Source: Candidatus Binatia bacterium | Lineage (GTDB): Bacteria; Desulfobacterota; Binatia; UBA12015 | Direction of reading: 5' to 3' | Assembly: GCA_046327915.1 (NCBI GenBank) | Contig: JAXLXO010000004.1 | Coordinates: 311,064 to 375,063 of the forward strand | Length of the DNA: 64,000 nt | Part shown: positions 19,001-29,089 of the stretch, in pieces | Position numbering within the stretch: position 1 is the stretch's first letter | Layout of the letters: every line of letters starts with the position of its first letter | Position numbers and translations under genes: made by a program | Notes under the pieces: model-generated | What the model was told of the DNA's origin: nothing | The model's database searches: none | The model's input: only the letters and a program-made list of their open reading frames with translations

Positions 19001-22000
19001 CTTGCTGCTCCCTGCGCCTCGTCGCGCGCCGGTCCGCTGCCCCAGCGCGGCTCGCCGAGCTTGCGGATGACGACGGTCTCGTCGCGGTTCGCGCCGATCG
19101 TTCCGTAGTAGTTCCAGCCGTAGCTCAGGTGCGCGTAGCCGCCGATCATGTGCGTCGGCTTCGGGATCACGCGCGTCACCGAGTTGTGGATGCCGCGCGT
19201 TCCGGTCGCCTGCGTCTGCGGCGTGGCCACCAGCTTCTCCTGCGCGTGGTACATCATGCAGGTGCCGCGCATGACGCGCTGGCTGACGATCGCGCGCGCC
19301 GCGACCGCGCCGTTCACGTTCACCGCCTCGATCCAGTCGTTGTCGGCGATTCCCGCCTCGCGCGCCTCGTCCTCGTTGAGCCAGATCACGGGGCCGCCGC
19401 GCGCCAGCGTGAGCATCAGCAGGTTCTCGGTGAACGAGCTGTGGATCGACCACTTCTGGTGCGGCGTCAGGAAGTTCAGCACCAGCGTGCCGGGACCGCG
19501 CAGCTTCGGATCGCGCAGGTCGTCGAGAGCCAGCGTGTCGAGCGGCGGACGATAGGTCGCGAGCGCCTCGCCGAAGGCGCGCATCCACAGGTGGTCCTGG
19601 TAGAGCTCCTGCCGTCCGGACAGCGTGCGCCACGGGATCAGCTCGTGCACGTTGGTGTAGAACGCGGTGTAGCTGACGGTCTCGGAGTCGACGCCGCTCC
19701 AGATCGGCGACGTGATCACTTTTCTCGGCTGGGCCACGAGGTCGGCGAAGCGGATCACCTCCTCGCTGCGCGACGCCGCGAGGTGCCGGTGCTGCCGTCC
19801 CGTCTGGCGCTCGACCGACGCCCACGCGCGCACCGCGACCTGGCCGTTGGTCTCGGGCGACAGCGTCAGCACGGTCTCGCAGGCCTCGACGTCGCTGACG
19901 ATGCGCGGACGGTCGCGCGCGATCTCGTCGCCGCTGTCGCCGTTGAGCGCGCGCAGCATCGCGACCTCGTCGGTCGCCGGCCACGCGAAGCCCTTGGCGC
20001 CGATGCCGGGCTTGTCGACCAGCGGGCCGAGCGCCGTGAAGCGCGCGTACGTGTCCGGGTAGTGGCGCTCGACCACCGCGACGCCGGGCATGGTCCTGCC
20101 GGGCACGGGGTCGCACTCGCCCTTCTTCCAGTCCTTGACGTCGTACGGCTGCGCGAGCTCGCCGGGCGCGTCGTGCTGCACCGGTACGAGCACCGCGTCG
20201 TGCTCGACGCCGAGATGACCCGCGGTGCACTCGGAGAAGCGCCGCGCGATCCCCTTGAAGATCTCCCAGTCGGTGCGCGCCTCCCACACCGGATCGACCG
20301 CGGCGCCGAGCGGGTGCACGAACGGATGCAGGTCCGTCGAGCTGAGGTCGTTCTTCTCGTACCAGGTCGCCGCCGGCAGGACGACGTCGGAGTACATGCA
20401 CGTGCTCGACATGCGGAAGTCGAGCGTGACGAGAAGGTCGAGCTTGCCCTCGGGCGCGTCGCTCTCCCACTCGATCTCGCGCGGCGGCTCGAGGCCGCGC
20501 TCGACGACGTCGCGCGCCTGCACCGCGTTCTTCGCGCCGAGCAGGTGCTTCAGGAAGTACTCGTGACCCTTCGCGCTCGAGCCGAGCAGGTTCGCGCGCC
20601 ACACGAAGAGCATGCGCGGGAAGCTGGTCGGATGGTCGGGGCGCTCGCTCGCGAGGCGCAGCGCGCCCGACTTCAGCGCGTCCGCGACGTGCGCGCCCGG
20701 CGTCGCGCCCGAAGCCGCGATGTCACGCCCCACCTGCAGCGGATTCTGCGCGAGCTGCGGCGACGTCGGCAGCCAGCCCATGCGCTCCGCGCGCACGTTG
20801 AAGTCGATCAGGCTGCCGCCCCAGTCGCCGTCGGGTGCGGTCGGCGACAGCATCTCCGCCGGCGTCACCGTCTCGTAGCGGAACTGGTCGGTGTGCGCGT
20901 AGAAGTACGAGGTCGTGTTCATCTGGCGCGGCGGACGCGTCCAGTCGAGCGCGAACGCGAGCGTCGACCAGCCGACCAGCGGACGGATCTTCTCCTGCCC
21001 GACGTAGTGCGCCCAGCCGCCGCCGGGCTTGCCGACACAGCCGCACAGCACGAGCAGGTTGATGATCGCCCGATACGTCGTGTCGGTGTGGTACGCCTGA
21101 TTGACGCCGCAGCCGATGATGACCTTGGCGCGGCCATCGGTCTTCTCGGCGCTGTGCGCGAACTCGCGTGCGAGGTTGATCGCGATGCGGCGGTCGACGC
21201 CGGTGATCGCCTCCTGCCACGCCGGCGTGAACGGACGATCGGCGTCGTCGTACGTCGCCTCGTCGCCGGGCTCGAGTCCGCGCGGGACGCCGTAGCTCGC
21301 CAGCATCAGGTCGAGCACCGTCGCGACCGGAACCTCGCCGTCGCGCAGCTTCAGGCGACGCACCGGAACGCTGCGCTCGACCACGTGATCGGGCGCCGAC
21401 GCCTCGAAGCGCGGGAACGCAACGTTGGCGAAGCCGTCGCGGCGCTCCGCGACGCTCAGCGCGAGCTCGACCTCGTGGCCGTCGCGCGCGTCGCGCTGCT
21501 CGAGGTTCCATTTCTCCCCCGGGCTCCAGCGGAAGCCGATCGAGCCGTTCGGCACCACGACGTCGCCGCTCTTCGCGTCGAGGCCGACCGTCTTCCAGTC
21601 CGGGTGCTCGTCCTGCGCGAGCGCGCCGTCGAAGTCGGCCGCGCGCAGCATTCGGCCGGGAACCCAGCGATCCCCTTGCCGGTCGAGACGCACCAGCATC
21701 GGCAGGTCGGAGAAGCGGCGCGCGTAGTCGACGAAGTACGGCACCTGCCGGTCGACCCAGAACTCCTTCAGCACGACGTGCCCGACCGCGAGCGCGAGCG
21801 CCGCGTCGGTGCGCTGCCGCGGCCGCACCCACAGGTCGGCGAACTTCGCCGCCTCGTTGAAGTCCGGTGAGACGACGACGGTCTTGGTGCCCTTGTAACG
21901 AGCCTCGACGTAGAAGTGCGCGTCGGGCGTGCGCGTCTGCGGCACGTTCGAGCCCCACAGCACGAGGAACGCGGCGTCGTACCAGGCGGCGCTCTCGGGC

Positions 22001-22710
22001 ACGTCGGTCTGCTCGCCCCAGGTCATCGGCGAGCTCGGCGGCAGGTCGCAGTACCAGTCGTAGAAGCTGAGGCAGGTGCCGCCGATCAGCGACAGGAAGC
22101 GCGTCCCGGCTGCGAACGACACCATCGAGAACGCGGGGATCGGCGTGAAGCCCGCGACGCGGTCCGGACCCCACTTCTCGATCGTGTGCACGGCGGCGGC
22201 GGCGATCATCTCGTTCGCCTCCTGCCACGACACGCGCACGAAGCCGCCGCGTCCGCGCACGCGCTTGTAGGACGCCGCGCGCTCCGGATCGTCGGCGATG
22301 CTGCGCCACGCCTCGACCGGATCCATCGCCGCGCGCGCCGCGCGCCACAGCTCGACCAGACGGCGGCGCACCAGCGGATACTTGACGCGGTTTCCGCTGT
22401 ACAGGTACCAGGACGCGCTCGCTCCGCGCGGACAGCCGCGCGGCTCGTGGTTCGGCAGGTCCGCCCGCGTGCGCGGGTAGTCGGTCGCCTGCATCTCCCA
22501 GGTGACGAGCCCGTTCTTGACGAACACCCGCCAGCTGCACGAGCCGGTGCAGTTCACGCCGTGCGTCGAGCGCACGATCTTGTCGTGGTCCCAGCGGTTC
22601 CGGTAGCCGTCCTCCCAGCTGCGGTCCTCGCGCGTGACGACGCCGAGATCGCCGGCGAACGTGCCGACGTTCTTGCGGAAGAACAGCAGACGGTCGAGCA
22701 GCAGGCTCAC
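18997..22710 (-). CDS. narG: respiratory nitrate reductase alpha subunit
   Basis: 1237 aa. N-terminus 'MSLLLDRLLFFRKNVGTFAGD…WEDGYRNRWDHDKIVRSTHGVNCTGSCSW' matches the NarG FeS0 H-x3-C-x3-C motif. Collinear with NarG throughout. Confidence 0.9.
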   Translation of the reverse strand: MSLLLDRLLFFRKNVGTFAGDLGVVTREDRSWEDGYRNRWDHDKIVRSTHGVNCTGSCSWRVFVKNGLVTWEMQATDYPRTRADLPNHEPRGCPRGASASWYLYSGNRVKYPLVRRRLVELWRAARAAMDPVEAWRSIADDPERAASYKRVRGRGGFVRVSWQEANEMIAAAAVHTIEKWGPDRVAGFTPIPAFSMVSFAAGTRFLSLIGGTCLSFYDWYCDLPPSSPMTWGEQTDVPESAAWYDAAFLVLWGSNVPQTRTPDAHFYVEARYKGTKTVVVSPDFNEAAKFADLWVRPRQRTDAALALAVGHVVLKEFWVDRQVPYFVDYARRFSDLPMLVRLDRQGDRWVPGRMLRAADFDGALAQDEHPDWKTVGLDAKSGDVVVPNGSIGFRWSPGEKWNLEQRDARDGHEVELALSVAERRDGFANVAFPRFEASAPDHVVERSVPVRRLKLRDGEVPVATVLDLMLASYGVPRGLEPGDEATYDDADRPFTPAWQEAITGVDRRIAINLAREFAHSAEKTDGRAKVIIGCGVNQAYHTDTTYRAIINLLVLCGCVGKPGGGWAHYVGQEKIRPLVGWSTLAFALDWTRPPRQMNTTSYFYAHTDQFRYETVTPAEMLSPTAPDGDWGGSLIDFNVRAERMGWLPTSPQLAQNPLQVGRDIAASGATPGAHVADALKSGALRLASERPDHPTSFPRMLFVWRANLLGSSAKGHEYFLKHLLGAKNAVQARDVVERGLEPPREIEWESDAPEGKLDLLVTLDFRMSSTCMYSDVVLPAATWYEKNDLSSTDLHPFVHPLGAAVDPVWEARTDWEIFKGIARRFSECTAGHLGVEHDAVLVPVQHDAPGELAQPYDVKDWKKGECDPVPGRTMPGVAVVERHYPDTYARFTALGPLVDKPGIGAKGFAWPATDEVAMLRALNGDSGDEIARDRPRIVSDVEACETVLTLSPETNGQVAVRAWASVERQTGRQHRHLAASRSEEVIRFADLVAQPRKVITSPIWSGVDSETVSYTAFYTNVHELIPWRTLSGRQELYQDHLWMRAFGEALATYRPPLDTLALDDLRDPKLRGPGTLVLNFLTPHQKWSIHSSFTENLLMLTLARGGPVIWLNEDEAREAGIADNDWIEAVNVNGAVAARAIVSQRVMRGTCMMYHAQEKLVATPQTQATGTRGIHNSVTRVIPKPTHMIGGYAHLSYGWNYYGTIGANRDETVVIRKLGEPRWGSGPARDEAQGAAR

Positions 22711-22817
22711 GGCGCCGGGCTCCGGTGAGCCGGACCCGTCGCGAACCGCGGAGCGCGATCGCCTGCCGAACGTTGCAGCTTCATCGCCGCCGCCAAGCTA
22801 CCACCGACCTGTCGATG

Positions 22818-22837
22818 CGCGAAGAACAGAATTCGCG
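22818..22837. promoter_or_regulatory. inverted repeat CGCGAA-N8-TTCGCG between nasA-like stop and narG start
   Basis: Seen directly: 'cgcgaagaacagaattcgcg', 2 nt after the nasA-like stop, in a 128-bp gap. Confidence 0.3.
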
Positions 22838-22838
22838 T

Positions 22839-25172
22839 TCACGCCGGAGTCTTCGTCGTGTCGCCGTACGTGCGGGACGAGAACGGCTCGTTGGTCGCTC
22901 CCGTCAGCTCCTCGAGCCGGCTGCGCAGCCAGCGCGGCGGCTCGCCGAAGCTCAGCCTCCGCAGCGCGACCGGCGACGACTTGAAGTGCGGCTGCTTGCT
23001 GACAGCATCGCGCGCGTACCACGTGTGCGTGTTGGCCGACTGGTCGGCGCCGCCGTAGTGGAACGGCGCGAACACCTCGCCACGGCGCACCGTGTCGACC
23101 ACCATCGCGATCGCCTCCGAGCGTCCGTGCGGCGAACGGATCTCGACCGCGTCGCCGAGCTCGATGCCGAGACCCGCCGCGTCCTCGGGGTGGATCTCCA
23201 CGTACACGGCCGGGGCGTGCGCGTTCAGCACGTCGGAGCGCGCCGTCTTGGTGCGGGTGTGGAAGTGGTAGACGAGCCGGCCGGTGTTGAGCAGCAGCGG
23301 ATACTCGTCGGAGACCGGATTCGGGTGCGCGTGCCAGTGCACCGGGCGAAGGATCGCCTTGCCGGCCGGATCGGCGCGCCGGTACTCCGCCGGCGACGTG
23401 CCGCGCCCGGTGTAGAAGTCGACGCCGAAGCTCTCGCAGGCGTCCGCGTCGGTCCAGAAGTGCAGATCCTCGTAGAGCCTCTCCGCCCCGCGCGGGTACT
23501 TCTCGTTGCAGGGCCAGCGCACCGCGCCCATCTCGAGGATCAGCTCGTACGTCATGCCGGAGTAGTCGCAGCCGCGGCCCTTCGAGACCTTGCGCCACTC
23601 GTCGAACGCCGCGCGCGGCTCCTGGTACGGCAGCAGCGACTTGCCGTCGCGGTCCTTGAAGCCGAGGCGGTTCGCGATCTCGACGAAGACGTCGAAGTCG
23701 CTGCGCGCCTCCCCCGGCGGGTCCACCGCCTTGAGCAGCAGATTGACGCTGCGATCCGCGTTGGTGACGCAGCCGCTCTTCTCGCCCCACATCGCCGCGG
23801 GGAAGTAGATGTCGGCGAAGTCGACCGTCTCGGCGTCGACGAACGGATCCTGCACGACGAGGAAGAGCTTGTTCAGGATCGCCGCCGTCCGGTTGCGGTC
23901 GGGCACGCTGACGATCGGATTGGTTCCGATCACCCACATGAACTCGATCTCGCCGCGCTCGGCCATCTCGAGCATGGTGAGGATGTCCTTCGGGTCCTCC
24001 GGCCGGAAGCGGTCGAAGTCGATGTTCCAGATCTCGCACAGCTCGCGCATCTGCGGCTCGCTGTGCGGATTCCGGTACGCGGGATACGAGCCGCCGGCTC
24101 CGGTCTCGCGGTTGTTCATCGCGGACGGCTGGCCCGCCATGAGCAGCGGACCGGTGCCCGGCTTGCCGATGGCGCCGGTCAGCAGGTGGACGACGTTGAT
24201 CAGCGACGACGCCGCGGTCGCGCCGATGCTCTGGTAGAAGCCCATCAGCGCGGTCGACACCATCTTCGGCGTCGTTCCGATCCACTCCGCCGCGGTCTCC
24301 AGCTGCGCCTGCGGGATGCCGCAGATCGCGGCGACGCGGTCGGGCGGATACTCGCGCGCCACGGCCGCGACGTCGTCGAACCCGATCGTGTGCTGCGCGA
24401 CGAAGTCACGGTCGACCTGGCCGCGCGCGATCAGCAGGTGGATGATCCCGTTCATCAGCGCGACGTTGGTTCCCACCTTCACCTGCAGATGAAGGTCGGC
24501 GCCCTGCCGAACCGTCGGGGTGGTGCGCGGATCGACCACGATGATCCGTCCGCCGTTCTTCTGCCGCGCCGACAGCATGCGCTCCCAGAGCACCGTCTGC
24601 GTCTCGGCGACGTTGTGTCCGTAGAGGCAGAGCAGGTCGGCCTGGTCGACGTCGGCATAGGATGCGACCGGCCCGTCCGAGCCGAAGGTCGCCGTCAGCG
24701 CCGTCGCCGCGCTCGACGTGCAGAGCCTGGTGTTGCCGTCGATGTTCGACGACTGCAGCCCGCCGCGCCACATCTTCGCCAGCGCGTAGAACTCCTCGAG
24801 CATCAGCTGGCCGGAGCTGTAGCAGGCGAGATTCTGGTGCCCGGACGCCCACGCCGCGCGAAACTTCTCCACGAAGAAGTCCATCGCCTCGGACCAGCCG
24901 ACCGGCTGCAGCGGGTCGGACTTCCGGCGGCGGATCATCGGGGTCGTGCCGCGCCGCTTCGCACCGTTGGCGATCCAGCAGTGCTCGCCCTTCGGGCCGA
25001 GATGTCCGGCGTTGACGGGATGGCTAGTCGTGCCGCGAACGCCGACGATCGCGCGGTCCTTCACCGCGATCTCCAGGCCGCAGCCGTTCGAGCACAGCAG
25101 ACAGGCGGAGTGAACCCAGGCGTCGGGCTCTCCCTGGATGCCGACGTTCACGTCTCTTCGAGGCTGCATCAC
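22839..25172 (-). CDS. cytoplasmic MopB-family nitrate reductase catalytic subunit (assimilatory NasA/NarB-type)
   Basis: 777 aa, no Tat signal. N-terminal 4Fe-4S 'CLLCSNGCG'. NasA/NarB-like segments 'FMWVIGTNP', 'NTGRLVYHFHTRTKT' and 'FAPFHYGG'. Confidence 0.7.
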   Translation of the reverse strand: MMQPRRDVNVGIQGEPDAWVHSACLLCSNGCGLEIAVKDRAIVGVRGTTSHPVNAGHLGPKGEHCWIANGAKRRGTTPMIRRRKSDPLQPVGWSEAMDFFVEKFRAAWASGHQNLACYSSGQLMLEEFYALAKMWRGGLQSSNIDGNTRLCTSSAATALTATFGSDGPVASYADVDQADLLCLYGHNVAETQTVLWERMLSARQKNGGRIIVVDPRTTPTVRQGADLHLQVKVGTNVALMNGIIHLLIARGQVDRDFVAQHTIGFDDVAAVAREYPPDRVAAICGIPQAQLETAAEWIGTTPKMVSTALMGFYQSIGATAASSLINVVHLLTGAIGKPGTGPLLMAGQPSAMNNRETGAGGSYPAYRNPHSEPQMRELCEIWNIDFDRFRPEDPKDILTMLEMAERGEIEFMWVIGTNPIVSVPDRNRTAAILNKLFLVVQDPFVDAETVDFADIYFPAAMWGEKSGCVTNADRSVNLLLKAVDPPGEARSDFDVFVEIANRLGFKDRDGKSLLPYQEPRAAFDEWRKVSKGRGCDYSGMTYELILEMGAVRWPCNEKYPRGAERLYEDLHFWTDADACESFGVDFYTGRGTSPAEYRRADPAGKAILRPVHWHAHPNPVSDEYPLLLNTGRLVYHFHTRTKTARSDVLNAHAPAVYVEIHPEDAAGLGIELGDAVEIRSPHGRSEAIAMVVDTVRRGEVFAPFHYGGADQSANTHTWYARDAVSKQPHFKSSPVALRRLSFGEPPRWLRSRLEELTGATNEPFSSRTYGDTTKTPA

Positions 25173-25413
25173 CTTCTCCGTGTTCGTCCTGCGGGACGAC
25201 GCTTCTCGACGACGCCGGGGACGGCGTCGAGAGGTCTTGCAACGCGGGCCCCGGATCTCTCCGCCGACCTTCGGCCGAGTCTTCGCCCGGCGTGAGCGCC
25301 TTGTATTGCGGAATCGCGCGGCGATCTTTCAGAATCCTGCGCGACGTCGAGGCGGCCGCGAGAGATGCGAAGCTGGAACCGGCTCCACGCGGCGTGCTAC
25401 AGCGGCGTCCCCG

Positions 25414-26766
25414 ATGGCCAGCGCATCCGAGGCGTCAAGCAGTGCTGCGGCGGCCCGCGAGGAAGAGCGGACCGAGCTGGCGGCGGATCGCCGGGATCTC
25501 GTCCGGCTCGCTCTCGTCGCGATTCCCGCCGGAGCGCTGACCGGCCTCCTGGGTGCCGCCTTCCGCATGGTGCTCGACGCCGCCGGGACGTGGCGTCTCG
25601 ATCTCGTGCGGTGGTCGAGCACCCTCGGTGCGTGGGGCGTGGCCGTGCCGATCGTCGTCGTCGCGGCATGCGCGGCGATCGCACGCGCGCTCGTGCGGAT
25701 CGCGCCGGTGGCCGGCGGCAGCGGCGTGCAGCACGTCGAGGCCGTCGCGCGCGGACAGGCCGAGCCGGCACCACCCGTGGTGCTGCCCGTCAAGTTCATC
25801 GGAGGATCGCTCGCGCTGGGCTCGGGCCTCGCGCTCGGACGCGAAGGACCGACGGTGCAGATGGGCGCGGTCGTCGGCGAGGCGCTCGCGCAGTGGGCCC
25901 GGCTGCCGATCGAGGACGTGCGCCGCATGTCCACCGCGGTCGCGGGCGCCGGCCTCGGCGTGGCGTTCTCGGCGCCGCTCGGCGGCGCGACGTTCGCGTT
26001 CGAGGAGGTCGCGCGGCGCTTCGATCTGCGGCTCGTCGTCGCGACCCTGCTGTCCGGCGCCACGGCGGCCGCGGTCGCGTGGTCGCTGATCGGCAATGCG
26101 CCCGACTTCGCGGTCCGTCCGCCGCCGCCGCCCGCGTGGCACGTCGCCGTCCCCGTACTCGTGTTCGGCCTGCTGCTCGGCCTCGCGGGCGTGGCCTACA
26201 ACAGGCTCGTGGTCGCGCTGCTCGATGCGGCCGACCGCTGGCCGCGCGTGCCGGCCGAGGCGCGTGCCGCGCTCGTCGGCGCGCTCTTCGGCCTGCTCCT
26301 CTGGGTCGAGCCGTCGCTGGTGGGCGGCGGCGACGCCGTCAATCAACGGATCCTCGACGGCGCGGTGCCGATCGCCACGATCGGCACGATCGCCGTGGCG
26401 CGCTGGCTGCTCGGCCCCGTCAGCTACGCTCCTGGCGTTCCGGGCGGCCTGTTCGCGCCGCTGCTGCTGGTCGGGTCGGCCGCCGGAGCGCTGTTCGCGT
26501 CGGCGGGGAACCACCTCGTGCCGGCGCTCGGGCTCGACCCGACGGCCTTCGCCATCGTCGGGATGGCGACGTTCTTCGCGGCCGTCGTGCGGGCGCCGCT
26601 CACCGGCATCGTGCTCATCGTCGAGATGACCGCGACGACGACCCAGGTGGTGCCGATGCTCGCGGCATCGACGGCCGCGGTGATCGCGGCGACGCTCCTG
26701 CGTGGCGAGCCGGTCTACGACACGCTGCGCCTGCGCATGCTGAGCCGCACGACCGACCGCCGCTGA
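25414..26766 (+). CDS. ClC-family anion channel/H+ antiporter
   Basis: 'GSGVQ', 'GREGP', 'GGLFAP' selectivity-filter-like motifs and about 10-12 TM helices. Start chosen at MASASE (ORF 25138.. has an Arg-rich junk 5' part). Divergent from the nasA-like gene. Confidence 0.75.
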   Translation: MASASEASSSAAAAREEERTELAADRRDLVRLALVAIPAGALTGLLGAAFRMVLDAAGTWRLDLVRWSSTLGAWGVAVPIVVVAACAAIARALVRIAPVAGGSGVQHVEAVARGQAEPAPPVVLPVKFIGGSLALGSGLALGREGPTVQMGAVVGEALAQWARLPIEDVRRMSTAVAGAGLGVAFSAPLGGATFAFEEVARRFDLRLVVATLLSGATAAAVAWSLIGNAPDFAVRPPPPPAWHVAVPVLVFGLLLGLAGVAYNRLVVALLDAADRWPRVPAEARAALVGALFGLLLWVEPSLVGGGDAVNQRILDGAVPIATIGTIAVARWLLGPVSYAPGVPGGLFAPLLLVGSAAGALFASAGNHLVPALGLDPTAFAIVGMATFFAAVVRAPLTGIVLIVEMTATTTQVVPMLAASTAAVIAATLLRGEPVYDTLRLRMLSRTTDRR

Positions 26767-26800
26767 CCCGACCCTCCGGCTCGCGGGCCGGATCGGCGGC

Positions 26801-27571
26801 TCAGTCGAGCTCCTGACTCCCGCCGCCGCTCACCGTGAGCACCTGGCCGCTGATCCACGCCGCAGCGGGCGAGCACAGGAAGCGGGCTGCGCGCGCGATG
26901 TCCGCCGCCTCACCCAGCCTTCCGAGCGGCGTGTGCGCGAGCATCCGTTTCTCGATCTCCGGTGTGAGCACGCTGGCGAGTGCCGCGGTGCGAATCGCGC
27001 CCGGCGCGATCGCGTTCACGCGGATGCCGCGCGGCCCGAGGTCGAACGCGAGATTCCGCGTGAGGTGATTCACCGCCGCCTTCGACGACGCGTACGAGCT
27101 CATGTCGACGTTCGCGTTCTCGCCCGCCATCGAGCTGACGTTGACGATCGCACCGCGCCCGGCGCGCTCCATGTGCGGTGCGACGAGCTGACACAGGCGA
27201 AAGACGGGGAAGACGTTCAGCTGGTAGGCCCGGAGGAAGTCGTCGAACGGCATGTCGAACGGCTTCGGTCCGCCGCCACCGGCGTTGTTCACGAGGATCG
27301 TCGGCGCGCCGAGGGCACGCTCCGCTTCCGCGACCAGACGAATCAGGTCGTGCTCGACGGTGACGTCCGCCGGGATCGCGATCGCCGTGCAGCCGCTGCG
27401 CTCGATCTCCCCAACCAGTGCGTTCGCCGCGGCGGAATCGCGATCGCTCACCGCGATGCGTGCTCCCGCCGCCGCGAACGCCAGCGCGATGGCGCGTCCG
27501 ATCCCGGCGCCCGCGCCTGTGACGATGGCGACCTCGCCGTCGAGGCGAAACAGCTGATCTTCCGACTTCAC
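26801..27571 (-). CDS. SDR-family oxidoreductase (FabG/7alpha-HSDH-like)
   Basis: 'TGAGAGIGRA' Rossmann motif, 'NNAG', catalytic 'YASSKAA'. Confidence 0.8.
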   Translation of the reverse strand: MKSEDQLFRLDGEVAIVTGAGAGIGRAIALAFAAAGARIAVSDRDSAAANALVGEIERSGCTAIAIPADVTVEHDLIRLVAEAERALGAPTILVNNAGGGGPKPFDMPFDDFLRAYQLNVFPVFRLCQLVAPHMERAGRGAIVNVSSMAGENANVDMSSYASSKAAVNHLTRNLAFDLGPRGIRVNAIAPGAIRTAALASVLTPEIEKRMLAHTPLGRLGEAADIARAARFLCSPAAAWISGQVLTVSGGGSQELD

Positions 27572-27706
27572 CCGCTTCCTCCGATGAATGCACTCGTCGT
27601 CGAAGGATCGAGCATCATCCGTCCGCAGACTGCGAGTCTTCCATCAGGGCGACACCGCATTTCAGGAACGTGCGCCGACATCGGAATCGGCAGCACGACG
27701 AAGCGC

Positions 27707-29085
<1,379 letters not shown>

Positions 29086-29089
<4 letters not shown>

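Noticed and set aside
19129-21870. 913-aa + strand ORF and 20723..22540 minus ORF inside narG
   Set aside because: narG is unambiguous in its own frame. These are alternative-frame or antisense shadows with Arg-rich composition.
22725-25295. 856-aa + strand ORF
   Set aside because: Antisense to the nasA-like gene. Low-complexity Arg/Val/Asp translation.
27572-27706. possible sigma-54 promoter upstream of the SDR gene driven by the adjacent NtrC-type regulator
   Set aside because: No GG-N10-GC element matching TGGCAC-N5-TTGC was found on the correct strand. Left unannotated.
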